64,000 nucleotides of DNA from Polaromonas sp. (GTDB lineage: Bacteria > Pseudomonadota > Gammaproteobacteria > Burkholderiales > Burkholderiaceae_C): NCBI GenBank assembly GCA_031386895.1, contig JANNCT010000041.1:881-64880 (forward strand). Reading direction: 5' to 3'. Each line of letters begins with the position of its first letter. The first letter of the stretch is position 1. Below the pieces are notes generated by a model, which was not told where the DNA came from, made no database searches, and saw nothing but the letters and a program-made list of their open reading frames with translations. The position numbers and the translations under genes were made by a program. Below are positions 28,355 to 38,555 of the stretch, piece after piece.

Positions 28355-30654
28355 TAGAAAGATGTGCCGATCTGAAATTGGAATCGCTCTATTTTATCCC
28401 CTTCTTTTTTACGCAGCGGATTCGCCAGCGCAAAACGAAGTGGGCCGACAGGCGACAACCAGCTGATTCCGATACCGTAGGAAGAGCGGAGTTCTTTAAA
28501 GCTGTATTTTTCGTTTTCGCCGAATACATTGCCCATGTCAAAAAATGCGTAGGTGCGCAAAGTCCGGTCATTTCCGGTGCCAGGAAACGGCGCGATCAGT
28601 TCGGCATTGAACGTCAGCTTTTTAGGTCCGCCCAAAGCAAGTCCGGCTGAATCACGTGGGCCCAAAGATCCTTGTTCAAAACCACGAACCGACCCAAGCC
28701 CGCCCGATGATGAATTTTTAAAAACTGAAAAAGGTTTGCCACCTAGCCCCTGGCCCCAACCGAACTCAGCGTTCAGCGCAATGGTGAACTGCTTGTTCAG
28801 CGGAATGTACTCTTGACGCTGGACGGTTGCTTTCAGGTATTTCGCATTGCCGGCAATGCCCCACTCGCCATAAGCGCGCTGGTACCGGCCTGTGGTTGGA
28901 ACAATCGAGCTGTCACGGCTGTCACGTACCCAACCAACCGTCAGCGGCAGCGAGGTGGTGGTAAAGCCGAAGAGGTCAGAGTAGTTTTTATAGGTAATGG
29001 GCAGCGCATTCGCGCCGGGTTTGATCGTCAAACGCTCAACACCTGCCCCGAAGTACACGGTATCAATTTCATTGAACGGCACGCCAAAACGGATGCTTGC
29101 GCCGCTGGTGCGCAAACCGTAATCGCCGCCCTGCCCGTCAAGCGGTCGGCTGGTACGCAAGTACACGTCAACCGCCCGGGATATGCCGTCAGCGGTGAAG
29201 TAGGGGTCGACCGTGCTCAGCACCAGCGACCGATTGGCTTTGCTGGTGTTTACTTCAAGGCCCAAATAGTTGCCAGTGCCAAAAATGTTTTCCTGCTTGA
29301 TACCAAAGCTCAAGGAAAGCTTGTCAGCACTGGAAAACCCGGCGCCGAGCTGCAAATTCCCGGTAGGTTTTTCCACAACGGTGACTGCCAGGTCGACCTG
29401 GTCAGCTGTGCCGGCAACTTCTTGTGTGTCAACGTTTACGTCGGTAAAAAATCCCAACCGGTCAGTGCGATCACGAGAAAGTTTGATCTTGTCGCCGTCA
29501 TACCATGACGATTCAAACTGCCGGAATTCGCGGCGTACCACTTCATCGCGGGTGCGGGTGTTGCCACCAATGCTGATGCGGCGCACGTACGCACGGCGCG
29601 CAGGCTCTGCCTGAATGACAAACGCTACCTGGTTGTTGGTGCGGTCAATCTCCGGCACCACTTCGACTTTGGCAAACGCGAATCCGAACGTACCGAAGTA
29701 ATCGGTGATGGCCTTGGTGGTTTGCGCTACAGAATCTGCGTTGTAGGCTTGTCCGGGCTTGATCGTGACAAGCGATTTGAACTCGTCCTCGCGGTTGAGG
29801 AAATTGCCTTCGAGCTTGATGCCAGAGACCACAAACCGCTCACCTTCAGAAACATTGAGCGTGATGCTGACGTCCTGCTTGTCGGGCGATATGGCGACCT
29901 GGGTGGAGTCGATTTTGAACTCCAGGTAGCCACGCGTCAGGTAGTACGAGCGCATGGATTCGATGTCCGCGTTGAGCTTGGCGCGTGAATAGCGGTCTGA
30001 CTTGGTGTACCAGCTCATCCAGCCGCCGGTGTCCAGGTCAAACAATCCACGCAGCGTGGACTCGCTGAACGCCTTGTTGCCAACGATACGAATCTCTTTG
30101 ATCTTTGCAGTGTCGCCTTCCACCACATTGAAGGACAAGTTCACGCGGTTGCGCTCGATCGGCGTGATGGTGGTCAAGACTTCTGCGCTGTACATGCTGC
30201 GGTTGATGTACTGGCGCTTTAACTCTTGCTCGGCCTTGTCGGCCAGCGCTTTGTCAAAAGCCTGGCCTTCTGAAAGCCCAACCTCGCGCAGCGCTTTTTT
30301 CAGTGCTTCCTTGTCAAACTCTTTAATGCCGACAAAACCCACATCGGAAATGGTGGGGCGCTCTTCAACAATAACGATCAAGACATCGCCATTGACTTCC
30401 AGGCGTACGTCCTTGAAAAGACCTAAACCGAACAGGGCGCGAATGGCGTTTGAGCCCTTGTCGTCGTTGTACGTTTCACCAATCCGAAAAGGAAGCGATG
30501 CAAAAACTGTTCCCGGCTCAATACGCTGCAAGCCTTCCACGCGAATGTCACGCACTGTGAAAGGATCCACTGCAAAAGCCGACTGGGCCATGCACAAGGT
30601 AACGGCGACGGCACAGACCGCATGAAGTCGAAAACTATTGAATTTTTTTTGCAT
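28354..30654 (-). CDS. bamA: Outer membrane protein assembly factor BamA
   Basis: 766 aa with a signal peptide, POTRA repeats (IRVEGLQRIEPGTV) and a C-terminal beta-barrel ending FQFQIGTSF. Confidence 0.95.
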   Translation of the reverse strand: MQKKFNSFRLHAVCAVAVTLCMAQSAFAVDPFTVRDIRVEGLQRIEPGTVFASLPFRIGETYNDDKGSNAIRALFGLGLFKDVRLEVNGDVLIVIVEERPTISDVGFVGIKEFDKEALKKALREVGLSEGQAFDKALADKAEQELKRQYINRSMYSAEVLTTITPIERNRVNLSFNVVEGDTAKIKEIRIVGNKAFSESTLRGLFDLDTGGWMSWYTKSDRYSRAKLNADIESMRSYYLTRGYLEFKIDSTQVAISPDKQDVSITLNVSEGERFVVSGIKLEGNFLNREDEFKSLVTIKPGQAYNADSVAQTTKAITDYFGTFGFAFAKVEVVPEIDRTNNQVAFVIQAEPARRAYVRRISIGGNTRTRDEVVRREFRQFESSWYDGDKIKLSRDRTDRLGFFTDVNVDTQEVAGTADQVDLAVTVVEKPTGNLQLGAGFSSADKLSLSFGIKQENIFGTGNYLGLEVNTSKANRSLVLSTVDPYFTADGISRAVDVYLRTSRPLDGQGGDYGLRTSGASIRFGVPFNEIDTVYFGAGVERLTIKPGANALPITYKNYSDLFGFTTTSLPLTVGWVRDSRDSSIVPTTGRYQRAYGEWGIAGNAKYLKATVQRQEYIPLNKQFTIALNAEFGWGQGLGGKPFSVFKNSSSGGLGSVRGFEQGSLGPRDSAGLALGGPKKLTFNAELIAPFPGTGNDRTLRTYAFFDMGNVFGENEKYSFKELRSSYGIGISWLSPVGPLRFALANPLRKKEGDKIERFQFQIGTSF

Positions 30655-30738
30655 TGGTTTGCGTTGGCCCAGGATTCAGGAAACGTCGAAAGTGGGAAGC
30701 GGCATTTGTAAAGCTATGTCCGCAAGCCAGGTGTGAGT

Positions 30739-32148
30739 TTATAAACCACCAAAAAGGCGGGTGACGTCGTTAAAAAGTGCAACCGACATCATGGCAAGCA
30801 AAGCCGCTACACCGCCTCGTTGCAGCACCTCCATTGAGGTGGTCGATACGGGCTTGCCAGTCGCAGCCTCCCAAAGATAATACATCAGGTGCCCACCGTC
30901 CAATACCGGCAGCGGCAGCAAATTGAGCACACCCAGACTGACGCTGATAGCCGCCAAGAAAAGCAAATAAGCGCTCAATCCCAGGCTCGCTGATTTGCCC
31001 GCATAGTCAGCAATTGTCAATGGCCCGCTCAGGTTTTTAAGTGATGCCTGCCCGATCAACATTTTTCCCATCATCTTGAGCGTCAGTACAGATGAGTCCC
31101 AGGTTCTTTGCACGCCTTGCCACAGCCCGTCGAACACGCCGTATCGCACGGTGACAAACGCAGCCGCACCACCAACACCCGCATCGATTCGCGGCACGGT
31201 TAATTTGCCCTCGGTGGCCATACGCGGCGTGACCTGAACGTCCAGTGTCTTGCCTGCTCGAAGCACGCGCCATGTTTGCGGTGCAGCGCTGGCAGAAGCT
31301 GCTGTCGCTGGGATGGGATTGCGAATGGCAAACCGCAGTTGCTGGCCGTCTACAATTTTCATGGAATCAAGCTGCACTACCAGGTCACCAGCCTGCAGCC
31401 CGGCTTTGTCGGCCGGGCCACCGACCAGAAGATTGCTCAAAACAGGCTCTGTCCACGGCCCAATAATCCCGATGCGCCTGAACATCTGCGCGTCGACTTC
31501 GTTCACATCAAAATTTTGAAAATTCAAAACCACTTCACGCACCGGCGCGTCAACAGAACTTTGCGCGTTTTTCGGCACAGTTGAACCGTCTATAACGGCC
31601 AGGCGCACGTTGCGGCCATTGAGCGCACCCTGCATCAGACGCCAGCGTAAATCTTCAAATGATCGAACCGTCTCCAGAGACTCGCCATCAAAACTGGCGC
31701 TCTGCACCAACTCCTGACCGCGAAGGCCTGCACGCTCTGCAACTGAGCCGACTGTAGGACTTGCCAATACGGCCTTTGGCTCCTCCAGGCCAATCCAATT
31801 CAGGGCGCTGTAGATAAAAATTGCCAGCAGCAAGTTGGCAATCGGCCCAGCTGCAACCACAGCGGCGCGAGACTTTAGCGGCTGGTTGTTAAACGCCAGG
31901 TGCCGCTCTGAGGGGTCAACCGGGCCTTCGCGCTCGTCCAGCATTTTGACGAATCCTCCCAGGGGCAGCAGGCCAATGGAGAACTCGGTGGGTTTGCCTT
32001 TGAGTCGCCACGTATAAATCGGCTTGCCAAAGCCAATTGAGAATTTAAGCACCTTGATGCCGCACGCCACCGCCACGCGGTAATGACCATATTCATGAAT
32101 GGCGATCAACGCACCCAGCGCCACTAAAAAAGCAATAACGGTTGTCAT
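30739..32148 (-). CDS. rseP: RIP metalloprotease RseP (site-2 protease)
   Basis: ORF 30739..32235. The preferred start is MTTVIAFLV at 32148, 1 nt after the dxr stop. Contains the HEYGHY zinc motif, PDZ region and NLLPLPVLDGGH. Confidence 0.92.
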   Translation of the reverse strand: MTTVIAFLVALGALIAIHEYGHYRVAVACGIKVLKFSIGFGKPIYTWRLKGKPTEFSIGLLPLGGFVKMLDEREGPVDPSERHLAFNNQPLKSRAAVVAAGPIANLLLAIFIYSALNWIGLEEPKAVLASPTVGSVAERAGLRGQELVQSASFDGESLETVRSFEDLRWRLMQGALNGRNVRLAVIDGSTVPKNAQSSVDAPVREVVLNFQNFDVNEVDAQMFRRIGIIGPWTEPVLSNLLVGGPADKAGLQAGDLVVQLDSMKIVDGQQLRFAIRNPIPATAASASAAPQTWRVLRAGKTLDVQVTPRMATEGKLTVPRIDAGVGGAAAFVTVRYGVFDGLWQGVQRTWDSSVLTLKMMGKMLIGQASLKNLSGPLTIADYAGKSASLGLSAYLLFLAAISVSLGVLNLLPLPVLDGGHLMYYLWEAATGKPVSTTSMEVLQRGGVAALLAMMSVALFNDVTRLFGGL

Positions 32149-32149
32149 A

Positions 32150-33337
32150 TCAAATCTCCATCTTCCGCGCAAAATCGGCGGCCATTGCACGCGCTTGTCC
32201 ATCAATAGCCAGCAGGTCATTGATGCCGCTGACATGGGATAGAACCAAGCGGTCTAAAGTTGCACGGTTGACAATGTAAATCTGATCGAACCGGATCTTT
32301 TTCGCCAAAAAAGCGGCCACGGCGATTTCATTGGCGGCGTTCAAAACAGCAGTTGTGCCGACCGGCGCTGCCAGCACCTCCCACGCCAATTGCATGCACG
32401 GAAATCGATTCGGATCAAGCGCTTCAAAGGTCATGGCTGCCAGCGCTTTGAAGTCCAGCGCTTTGGCACCGGAGGCCAGCCGACCCGGCCAAGCCAGCCC
32501 GTAGGCAATGGGTACGCGCATGTCGGGTGTGCCCATTTGCGCAACCACGGATGTGTCGAGGTATTGCACCATCGAGTGGACGGTGCTTTGCGGATGGATC
32601 ACCACTTCAATTTGCGCCGGCTGCAGCCCGAACAAATACTTGGCTTCGATGACTTCCAGCGCCTTGTTCATCATGGTGGCGGAGTCGACTGAAATTTTGC
32701 GGCCCATCACCCAATTCGGGTGGGCGCAGGCTTCTTCAGGCGTTACATTGCGCAGAGTCGTCAAATCGCGCGTACGAAACGGCCCGCCAGACGCGGTCAG
32801 AATAATTTTCTCAATGCGTTCAGCCCACGTCGCTGGGTCGTCGGGCAGCGACTGGAAGATGGCCGAATGCTCACTGTCAATCGGCAGCAGCTGTGCGCCA
32901 GCCGATCGCACAGCCTGCATGAATACTTCACCGCCGACCACCAGCGCCTCTTTGTTGGCCAATAGCAAACGTTTGCCGGCTTTCGCTGCCGCCATGCATG
33001 CGCCCAGGCCCGCCGCACCCACAATAGCCGCCATCACAGCGTCAACATCGACGTGTGACGCTATCATTTCAAGAGCTGCTTGCGCCCGTATTACTTCGGT
33101 TTTAAGACCTTTCTGTTTGATTTTTTGGCTTAGTACTTCAGCCTGCACATCATCGGCCATCACCGCAAAGCGCGGCTGAAATTTAACGCACTGGGCTAAA
33201 AGCAGCTCGGTTTGGGTGGCTGCGCTGAGAGCAAACACTTCAAATTTATCAGGGTGCATGGCAATCACGTCCAGCGTATTGACACCGACTGATCCGGTCG
33301 AACCCAAAACCGTGATGCGCTGCTTTCTCATCGTCAT
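32150..33337 (-). CDS. dxr: 1-deoxy-D-xylulose 5-phosphate reductoisomerase
   Basis: 395 aa. Contains [30 protein letters not shown] and HPNWVMG. It contains repeat copy G in frame. Confidence 0.95.
   Translation of the reverse strand: [395 protein letters not shown]
33061..33107 (+). repeat. 47-bp dispersed repeat, copy G (perfect core, right arm diverged), in frame in dxr
   Basis: ctatcatttcaag AGCTGCTTGCGCCCGTAT tacttcggttttaaga. Read as [13 protein letters not shown]. Confidence 0.8.
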
Positions 33338-33349
33338 GTTGCAATACTT

Positions 33350-33374
33350 AGTTCAGTTCAGTTCAATTCAATCA
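33350..33374. repeat. Pentanucleotide tract (AGTTC)3-AATTC-AATCA filling the cdsA-dxr intergenic gap
   Basis: Read directly from the sequence. It spans from the cdsA stop to 13 nt upstream of the dxr ATG. Confidence 0.7.
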
Positions 33375-34202
33375 AAGGCTGACCAGCATCATGGCCAAAG
33401 GCAGCGCTGGCAGGAGCGCATCCACACGGTCAAGCACGCCGCCGTGGCCCGGTAGCAAATTGCTGGAATCTTTGGCACCCGCAGCGCGTTTGACGAGTGA
33501 TTCGACCAAGTCACCGGCAACACTCATGGCCACCATGAACAAACCAGCTACGGCCAAAAACACCCAGCCGTGGCGCGCTTGCAATTGGGCATACAGATTT
33601 CCGTTCGAACGCGAGGCCCAAAAGGATGCCATGGCGAGCACGCACGCAATTGCGCCCCAAACCCCTTCCCAGGTTTTGCCAGGGCTGATGCTGGGCGCAA
33701 GCTTGCTTTTGGTAAAACGTCCCCCAAAACTACGGCCAGCGAAATAGGCGCCAATGTCAGCGACCCAAACCAGCAGCAACACTGACAGCAAAAACTCAAC
33801 GCCCCGCACGCGCGCCTGCGCTAGGGCTAACCAAGCCAGACACAAGGCAACTACGCCAACCGCCAATCGCAGTGTTTGCGGAATCTTGAGCCAAACAGAC
33901 GGGCCACGCGCCAGCAACCAGCCACCGGCCAAAACCCAGGCAGCGCCCGTCACAACCCACAGCACCGGCATCGCCATGCCAATAACTCCATAAAACCATG
34001 CTGTAGCGCATATAAACAGAGCGCAAGCAGCTATAAAAAGTGAAGTACTCTGGCTGAAGCCATTCAGCTTTCCCCACTCCCACGCGGCCGCACCAATTAG
34101 CACGAGTGCTACTGCGTTAAAGGCAACCGGGTTGGGGTAGAACAGCGCTGGAAGCAATACAGCCAGTAAAGCCACGGCGGTAACAATGCGCGTTTTGAGC
34201 AT
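33372..34202 (-). CDS. cdsA: Phosphatidate cytidylyltransferase
   Basis: 276 aa, polytopic. Carries the CdsA signature SVAGDLVESLVKRAAGAKDSSNLLPGHGGVLDRVD. It contains repeat copy H in frame. Confidence 0.93.
   Translation of the reverse strand: MLKTRIVTAVALLAVLLPALFYPNPVAFNAVALVLIGAAAWEWGKLNGFSQSTSLFIAACALFICATAWFYGVIGMAMPVLWVVTGAAWVLAGGWLLARGPSVWLKIPQTLRLAVGVVALCLAWLALAQARVRGVEFLLSVLLLVWVADIGAYFAGRSFGGRFTKSKLAPSISPGKTWEGVWGAIACVLAMASFWASRSNGNLYAQLQARHGWVFLAVAGLFMVAMSVAGDLVESLVKRAAGAKDSSNLLPGHGGVLDRVDALLPALPLAMMLVSL
33999..34045 (-). repeat. 47-bp dispersed repeat, copy H (reverse orientation), in frame in cdsA, read in the sense frame of the element
   Basis: The reverse complement is cttcactttttat AGCTGCTTGCGCTCTGTT tatatgcgctacagca. 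Read as FIAACALFICATA, within a TM helix. Confidence 0.8.
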
Positions 34203-34960
34203 CAGGCGGCTTTTGCGTTGTGATTAGTACGGCGAGCAACTTCAAGTGGCTCGTCAAGCTGGGCGGAGGTCAAGCCAAACCTCCGTTCGCGGGTTTTAAA
34301 GACGTCGATAGCTTCATCGAGCGCTGCCGCATCAAAATCCGGCCACAATTTTTTGGAGAAGTGCAGCTCGGAATACGCCGCTTGCCACAGCAAGAAATTG
34401 CTGATGCGCAACTCACCACCAGTGCGAATCAACAAGTCAGGGTCAGGCACATGGGCCAGCGCCATGGCGCGGTCAAGCGACACTTCAGTGACGGGCTGGC
34501 CACTGGCTATCAGCTTTTGAGCCGCTTGTGCAATATCCCATCGGCCACCGTAGTTAAAGCAGACATTTAGCACCAGACGCTGGTTAACGGACGTGTCCAG
34601 CTCGGCCTTAGCGAGGCCAGCCTGCACCTTGGAAGACAATTGCTTGCGGTTGCCAATGAAGTGCATCCGCACTCCGTTGGTTTGCAAACGGGGAACCTCG
34701 CGCGACAGGGCCATCGCCAAAAGCTCCATCAAGCCGGAGACCTCATCGACCGGTCGGCTCCAGTTTTCAGAAGAAAAAGCGAACACTGTAAGCACACCAA
34801 CGCCGCGGTCTACACAGGCCTGAACACATGCCTTGAGCGCATCAACGCCTTGCCTGTGCCCTGCAATACGCGGCAAAAACCGCTTGGAGGCCCATCTGCC
34901 ATTACCGTCCATCACAATTGCGATGTGGTAAGGGACGGCATTCGAAATAGGCATCGACAT
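34202..34960 (-). CDS. uppS: Undecaprenyl diphosphate synthase
   Basis: The ORF extends to 34990. The preferred ATG is at 34960, with AGGAG 8 nt upstream. Contains HIAIVMDGNGRWA, FSSENWSRP and RTGGELRISNFLLWQ. Confidence 0.93.
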   Translation of the reverse strand: MSMPISNAVPYHIAIVMDGNGRWASKRFLPRIAGHRQGVDALKACVQACVDRGVGVLTVFAFSSENWSRPVDEVSGLMELLAMALSREVPRLQTNGVRMHFIGNRKQLSSKVQAGLAKAELDTSVNQRLVLNVCFNYGGRWDIAQAAQKLIASGQPVTEVSLDRAMALAHVPDPDLLIRTGGELRISNFLLWQAAYSELHFSKKLWPDFDAAALDEAIDVFKTRERRFGLTSAQLDEPLEVARRTNHNAKAA

Positions 34961-35013
34961 TCGGGCGGCTCCTGTCTGAAAGGTCAGCAATGGTGGCGCG
35001 CAGCGGCCAGGTT

Positions 35014-35574
35014 TTACACCGCCATGATGTCGGCTTCTTTGCCTGACACCAGCTTGTCAACTTCAACAATGCAGCGGTCGGTGAATTTTTGCACTTCATC
35101 GTGCGAGCGGCGTTCGTCGTCTTCTGACGCCAGCTTGTCTTTCACCAGCTTTTTAACGCCGTCATTCACATCGCGGCGCAAATTGCGGATCGCTACCTTG
35201 GCGTGCTCGCCTTCAGCACGCACCACCTTCGTCAATTCTTTGCGGCGCTCTTCGGTCATGGCGGGCATCGGCACCCGAATCAAATCGCCTTGTGAAGCCG
35301 GGTTCAGACCCAGATCGGAATCGCGAATGGCTTTTTCAATTTTCGCGCCCATGCCTTTTTCCCAAGGCGACACGCTGATGGTGCGCGCGTCAAGCAGCGC
35401 AACGTTGGCCACCTGGCTGATAGGCACCATCGAGCCGTAGTAATCCACCTGCACAGTATCAAGCAGGCCAGGATTGGCACGGCCAGTACGAATTTTGGTC
35501 AAACTGCTTTTAAACGACTCTATCGACTGCTGCATTTTTTGCTCGGCAGTTTGTTTAATCTCGGCAATGCTCAT
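35014..35574 (-). CDS. frr: Ribosome recycling factor
   Basis: The ORF extends to 35628. The preferred start is MSIAEIKQ at 35574, after GGGAGA. Typical Frr sequence ([25 protein letters not shown]). Confidence 0.94.
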   Translation of the reverse strand: MSIAEIKQTAEQKMQQSIESFKSSLTKIRTGRANPGLLDTVQVDYYGSMVPISQVANVALLDARTISVSPWEKGMGAKIEKAIRDSDLGLNPASQGDLIRVPMPAMTEERRKELTKVVRAEGEHAKVAIRNLRRDVNDGVKKLVKDKLASEDDERRSHDEVQKFTDRCIVEVDKLVSGKEADIMAV

Positions 35575-35631
35575 TTCTATCTCCCAAATTTCTACGCTAG
35601 ACGTCAGTTTAAAACCTAATCCGTACAACCT

Positions 35632-36342
35632 TCAAACGTGAACCAGCGTGCCTTCGTCTGCGCCCATCACCACACGCTTGAGGGCGCCGTGTTTAAAGAT
35701 GCTGAACACTTTGAGCGGCAGTTTCTGGTCCCGGCACAGCGCGAATGCAGTCGCGTCCATCACTTCCAGGTTTTTGCCCATGGCCTCGTCGAAAGTGATG
35801 CTGGTGTAGCGCGTTGCGGTCGGGTCTTTTTTGGGGTCGGCCGAATAAACGCCGTCGACCTTGGTGGCTTTCAACACAATTTCCGCGCCCATTTCAGCGC
35901 CGCGCAACGCAGCCGCCGTGTCGGTCGTAAAAAATGGATTGCCAGTACCCGCAGCAAAGATAACGACTTTGCCCTCTTCAAGGTACTGCAGCGCTTTGGG
36001 ACGCACGTAGGGCTCCACCACGCGCTCAATGGCAATGGCTGACATCACGCGGGCGGTCAAACCTGCCTTGTCCATCGTGTCACCGAGCGCAAGCGCGTTC
36101 ATCACGGTAGCCAGCATGCCCATGTAGTCAGCCGTTGCGCGGTCCATGCCCACTGAGCCACCCGCTACACCACGGAAGATATTGCCGCCCCCAATCACTA
36201 CTGCTACCTGCACGCCCATCCGGGTAACTTCAGCAATTTCTTCGACCATCCGCACAATGGTGGCGCGGTTGATGCCGAAGGCGTCGTCCCCCATCAAAGC
36301 CTCACCTGACAGTTTTAACAAGATTCGCTTGTAGGCTGGCAT
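35632..36342 (-). CDS. pyrH: UMP kinase
   Basis: 236 aa. Contains [24 protein letters not shown] and [16 protein letters not shown]. Confidence 0.96.
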   Translation of the reverse strand: MPAYKRILLKLSGEALMGDDAFGINRATIVRMVEEIAEVTRMGVQVAVVIGGGNIFRGVAGGSVGMDRATADYMGMLATVMNALALGDTMDKAGLTARVMSAIAIERVVEPYVRPKALQYLEEGKVVIFAAGTGNPFFTTDTAAALRGAEMGAEIVLKATKVDGVYSADPKKDPTATRYTSITFDEAMGKNLEVMDATAFALCRDQKLPLKVFSIFKHGALKRVVMGADEGTLVHV

Positions 36343-36407
36343 GGGAGAGCTTTCTGATATTGGATTGAAGATAAATTTTACGGCCTCGGCAGAGGCGATG
36401 CGTTGGT

Positions 36408-37322
36408 TCAGGCTGCCTTGGCGGCAGCGATTTGTGCCGCTACTTCGGCGGCAAAATCGTCGACTTTTTTCTCAATGCCCTCGCCCACCACATAAAGCGT
36501 GAACGCCTTGACCGTAGTAGCTTTTTCTTTAAGCATTTGCTCAACCGTTTGCTTGTCGTTTTTAACGAACGACTGGTTGAAAAGGCTCACTTCCTTGAGG
36601 TATTTCTGAACCCCGCCTTCAATGCGCTTGGCAACGATTTCTGCGGACTGCACGGGCTTGCCCGCAGCGGTTGCAACGGATGCGTCTTCAGCCGCCTTGG
36701 CAGCAGCAACTGAACGTTCACGCGCTACCAGCTCGGCAGGTACCTGGTCGCTGGACAACGACACCGGCTTCATCGCAGCCACGTGCATGGCAACGTCTTT
36801 GGCAGCGGCTTCGTCGCCGTCGAACTCCACGACTACGCCAATGCGTGTGCCGTGCAGGTAGGCTGCAGACAAGCCAGCAGCAAAGCGCTGGAAGCGGCGC
36901 ACAGACATGTTCTCGCCAATCTTGCCAATAAGACCCTTGCGCACGTCTTCGACCGTCGGACCAAAGCCGTCGAGGGTCATTGGCATTGCCGCAATTGCAG
37001 CAATGTCAGCCGGGTTGTGCGCCACGATACCGCTGGCAACGCCACTGGCAAACGCCAGAAAACTGTCGTTTTTGGTGACGAAGTCGGTTTCGCAATTGAT
37101 CTCAACCAAAGCGCTGACATAGTTGGCACTGTGGTGTGCAACTACGCCTTCAGCAGTGACGCGCGACGAAGCTTTGCCAGCTTTGTTACCGAGCTTGACG
37201 CGCAAAATTTCTTCGGCTTTTTCAAAATTGCCTTCGGCCTCGGTCAGCGCTTTTTTGCACTCCATCATCGGGGCGTCGGTTTTGGCGCGCAACTCGGCGA
37301 CCATGCTTGCTGTAATTGCCAT
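36408..37322 (-). CDS. tsf: Elongation factor Ts
   Basis: The ORF extends to 37337. The preferred start is [12 protein letters not shown] at 37322, after GGAGA. Contains [12 protein letters not shown]. Confidence 0.95.
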   Translation of the reverse strand: MAITASMVAELRAKTDAPMMECKKALTEAEGNFEKAEEILRVKLGNKAGKASSRVTAEGVVAHHSANYVSALVEINCETDFVTKNDSFLAFASGVASGIVAHNPADIAAIAAMPMTLDGFGPTVEDVRKGLIGKIGENMSVRRFQRFAAGLSAAYLHGTRIGVVVEFDGDEAAAKDVAMHVAAMKPVSLSSDQVPAELVARERSVAAAKAAEDASVATAAGKPVQSAEIVAKRIEGGVQKYLKEVSLFNQSFVKNDKQTVEQMLKEKATTVKAFTLYVVGEGIEKKVDDFAAEVAAQIAAAKAA

Positions 37323-37371
37323 TTTTAATTTCTCCATTAGGTAAACGGCTATCCGTTTTCGATTAACTTGT

Positions 37372-37396
37372 AAAAAAGGGGCTACCTGAGCCCCTT
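37372..37396 (-). terminator. Hairpin plus T-tract between rpsB and tsf (terminator/attenuator)
   Basis: The minus strand reads AAGGGGCT-CAGGT-AGCCCC-TTTTTT. Confidence 0.55.
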
Positions 37397-37426
37397 GATC
37401 GCATGGTGCGCAAAGCGCATTGCGTC

Positions 37427-38176
37427 TTAGGCGGCTGTAGGAACTTCCACGAATTCGTCGGAGCTCTCAGGCTGCACCATCTTCACGACTTCACTCGAGG
37501 CGTTGGCACGGCCTTCGATAATTGCGTCAGCAATGCCGCGTGCGTACAGTGCAACAGCTTTTGACGAGTCGTCGTTGCCCGGAATCACGTAATCGATGCC
37601 GATAGGTGAATGGTTGGAGTCGACGACACCGATCAGTGGAATACCGAGTTTCTTGGCTTCCAGAATCGCGATCTTGTGGAAACCAACGTCAATCACAAAA
37701 ATAGCATCCGGCAGCGCTGCCATGTCCTGAATGCCGCCAATGTCTTTTTCAAGCTTTTCGATCTCGCGCTTGAAGGTGAGCTGCTCTTTTTTGCTGATGG
37801 TGTCGAGGCCAGCTTCTTGCTGGGCCTTCATTTCCTTCAGGCGCTTGATCGATGTTTTGACGGTTTTGAAGTTCGTCAACATACCGCCCAACCAGCGTTG
37901 GTCAACAAACGGCACGCCTGCGCGCTTGGCTTCCATCGCCACAGTCTCGCGCGCTTGGCGCTTGGTGCCCACCATCAAAATCGTGCCGCGATTAGCCGAC
38001 AACTGCTTCGCGAATTTCATCGCGTCGTTGTACATCGGCAGCGACTTTTCCAGGTTGATGATGTGAATACGATTGCGATGGCCAAAAATGTACGGTGCCA
38101 TTTTTGGGTCCCAGAAGCGGGTTTGGTGTCCGAAGTGGACGCCAGCTTCCAACATTTCGCGCATTGTGGTTGACAT
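37427..38176 (-). CDS. rpsB: 30S ribosomal protein S2
   Basis: 249 aa. Contains [19 protein letters not shown] and LGGMLTNF. Confidence 0.97.
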   Translation of the reverse strand: MSTTMREMLEAGVHFGHQTRFWDPKMAPYIFGHRNRIHIINLEKSLPMYNDAMKFAKQLSANRGTILMVGTKRQARETVAMEAKRAGVPFVDQRWLGGMLTNFKTVKTSIKRLKEMKAQQEAGLDTISKKEQLTFKREIEKLEKDIGGIQDMAALPDAIFVIDVGFHKIAILEAKKLGIPLIGVVDSNHSPIGIDYVIPGNDDSSKAVALYARGIADAIIEGRANASSEVVKMVQPESSDEFVEVPTAA

Positions 38177-38439
38177 GTAAATACTCCAAAAGGTTGTGTC
38201 TAAAATCAGCGCTTATCGTCAGAAAATGCTTCTGGCAACACCTTGAATGGCTAATTTGCGATTTACTTCGCAGTTCGGGCGAAATGCCTGCCGCAAAGCT
38301 TGTCGAGTATAGCACCCTCACGGGCCAATTTCACCTCGCCCTATGACCGTTGCTGCCTTGGAAAATATCACGCAGCGCGCCTTAACTGCGTGGTCAGGTA
38401 CCTGCCAGTTAGGTGCCCGCGCACCGGCCAGATAAAACG

Positions 38440-38486
38440 CTACCAAAATAATAGCTGCTTGCGCCCGTATTTATTGCGCTACAGAT
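38440..38486 (+). repeat. 47-bp dispersed repeat, copy I (perfect core), intergenic between divergent rpsB and dadA
   Basis: ctaccaaaataat AGCTGCTTGCGCCCGTAT ttattgcgctacagat. Confidence 0.9.
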
Positions 38487-38555
38487 TGAATTGATCAAGA
38501 ATATGAACACGAAAAAGTTAGTTAACGCGTTATTGCCAAAGCTGGGGCAACAGGT

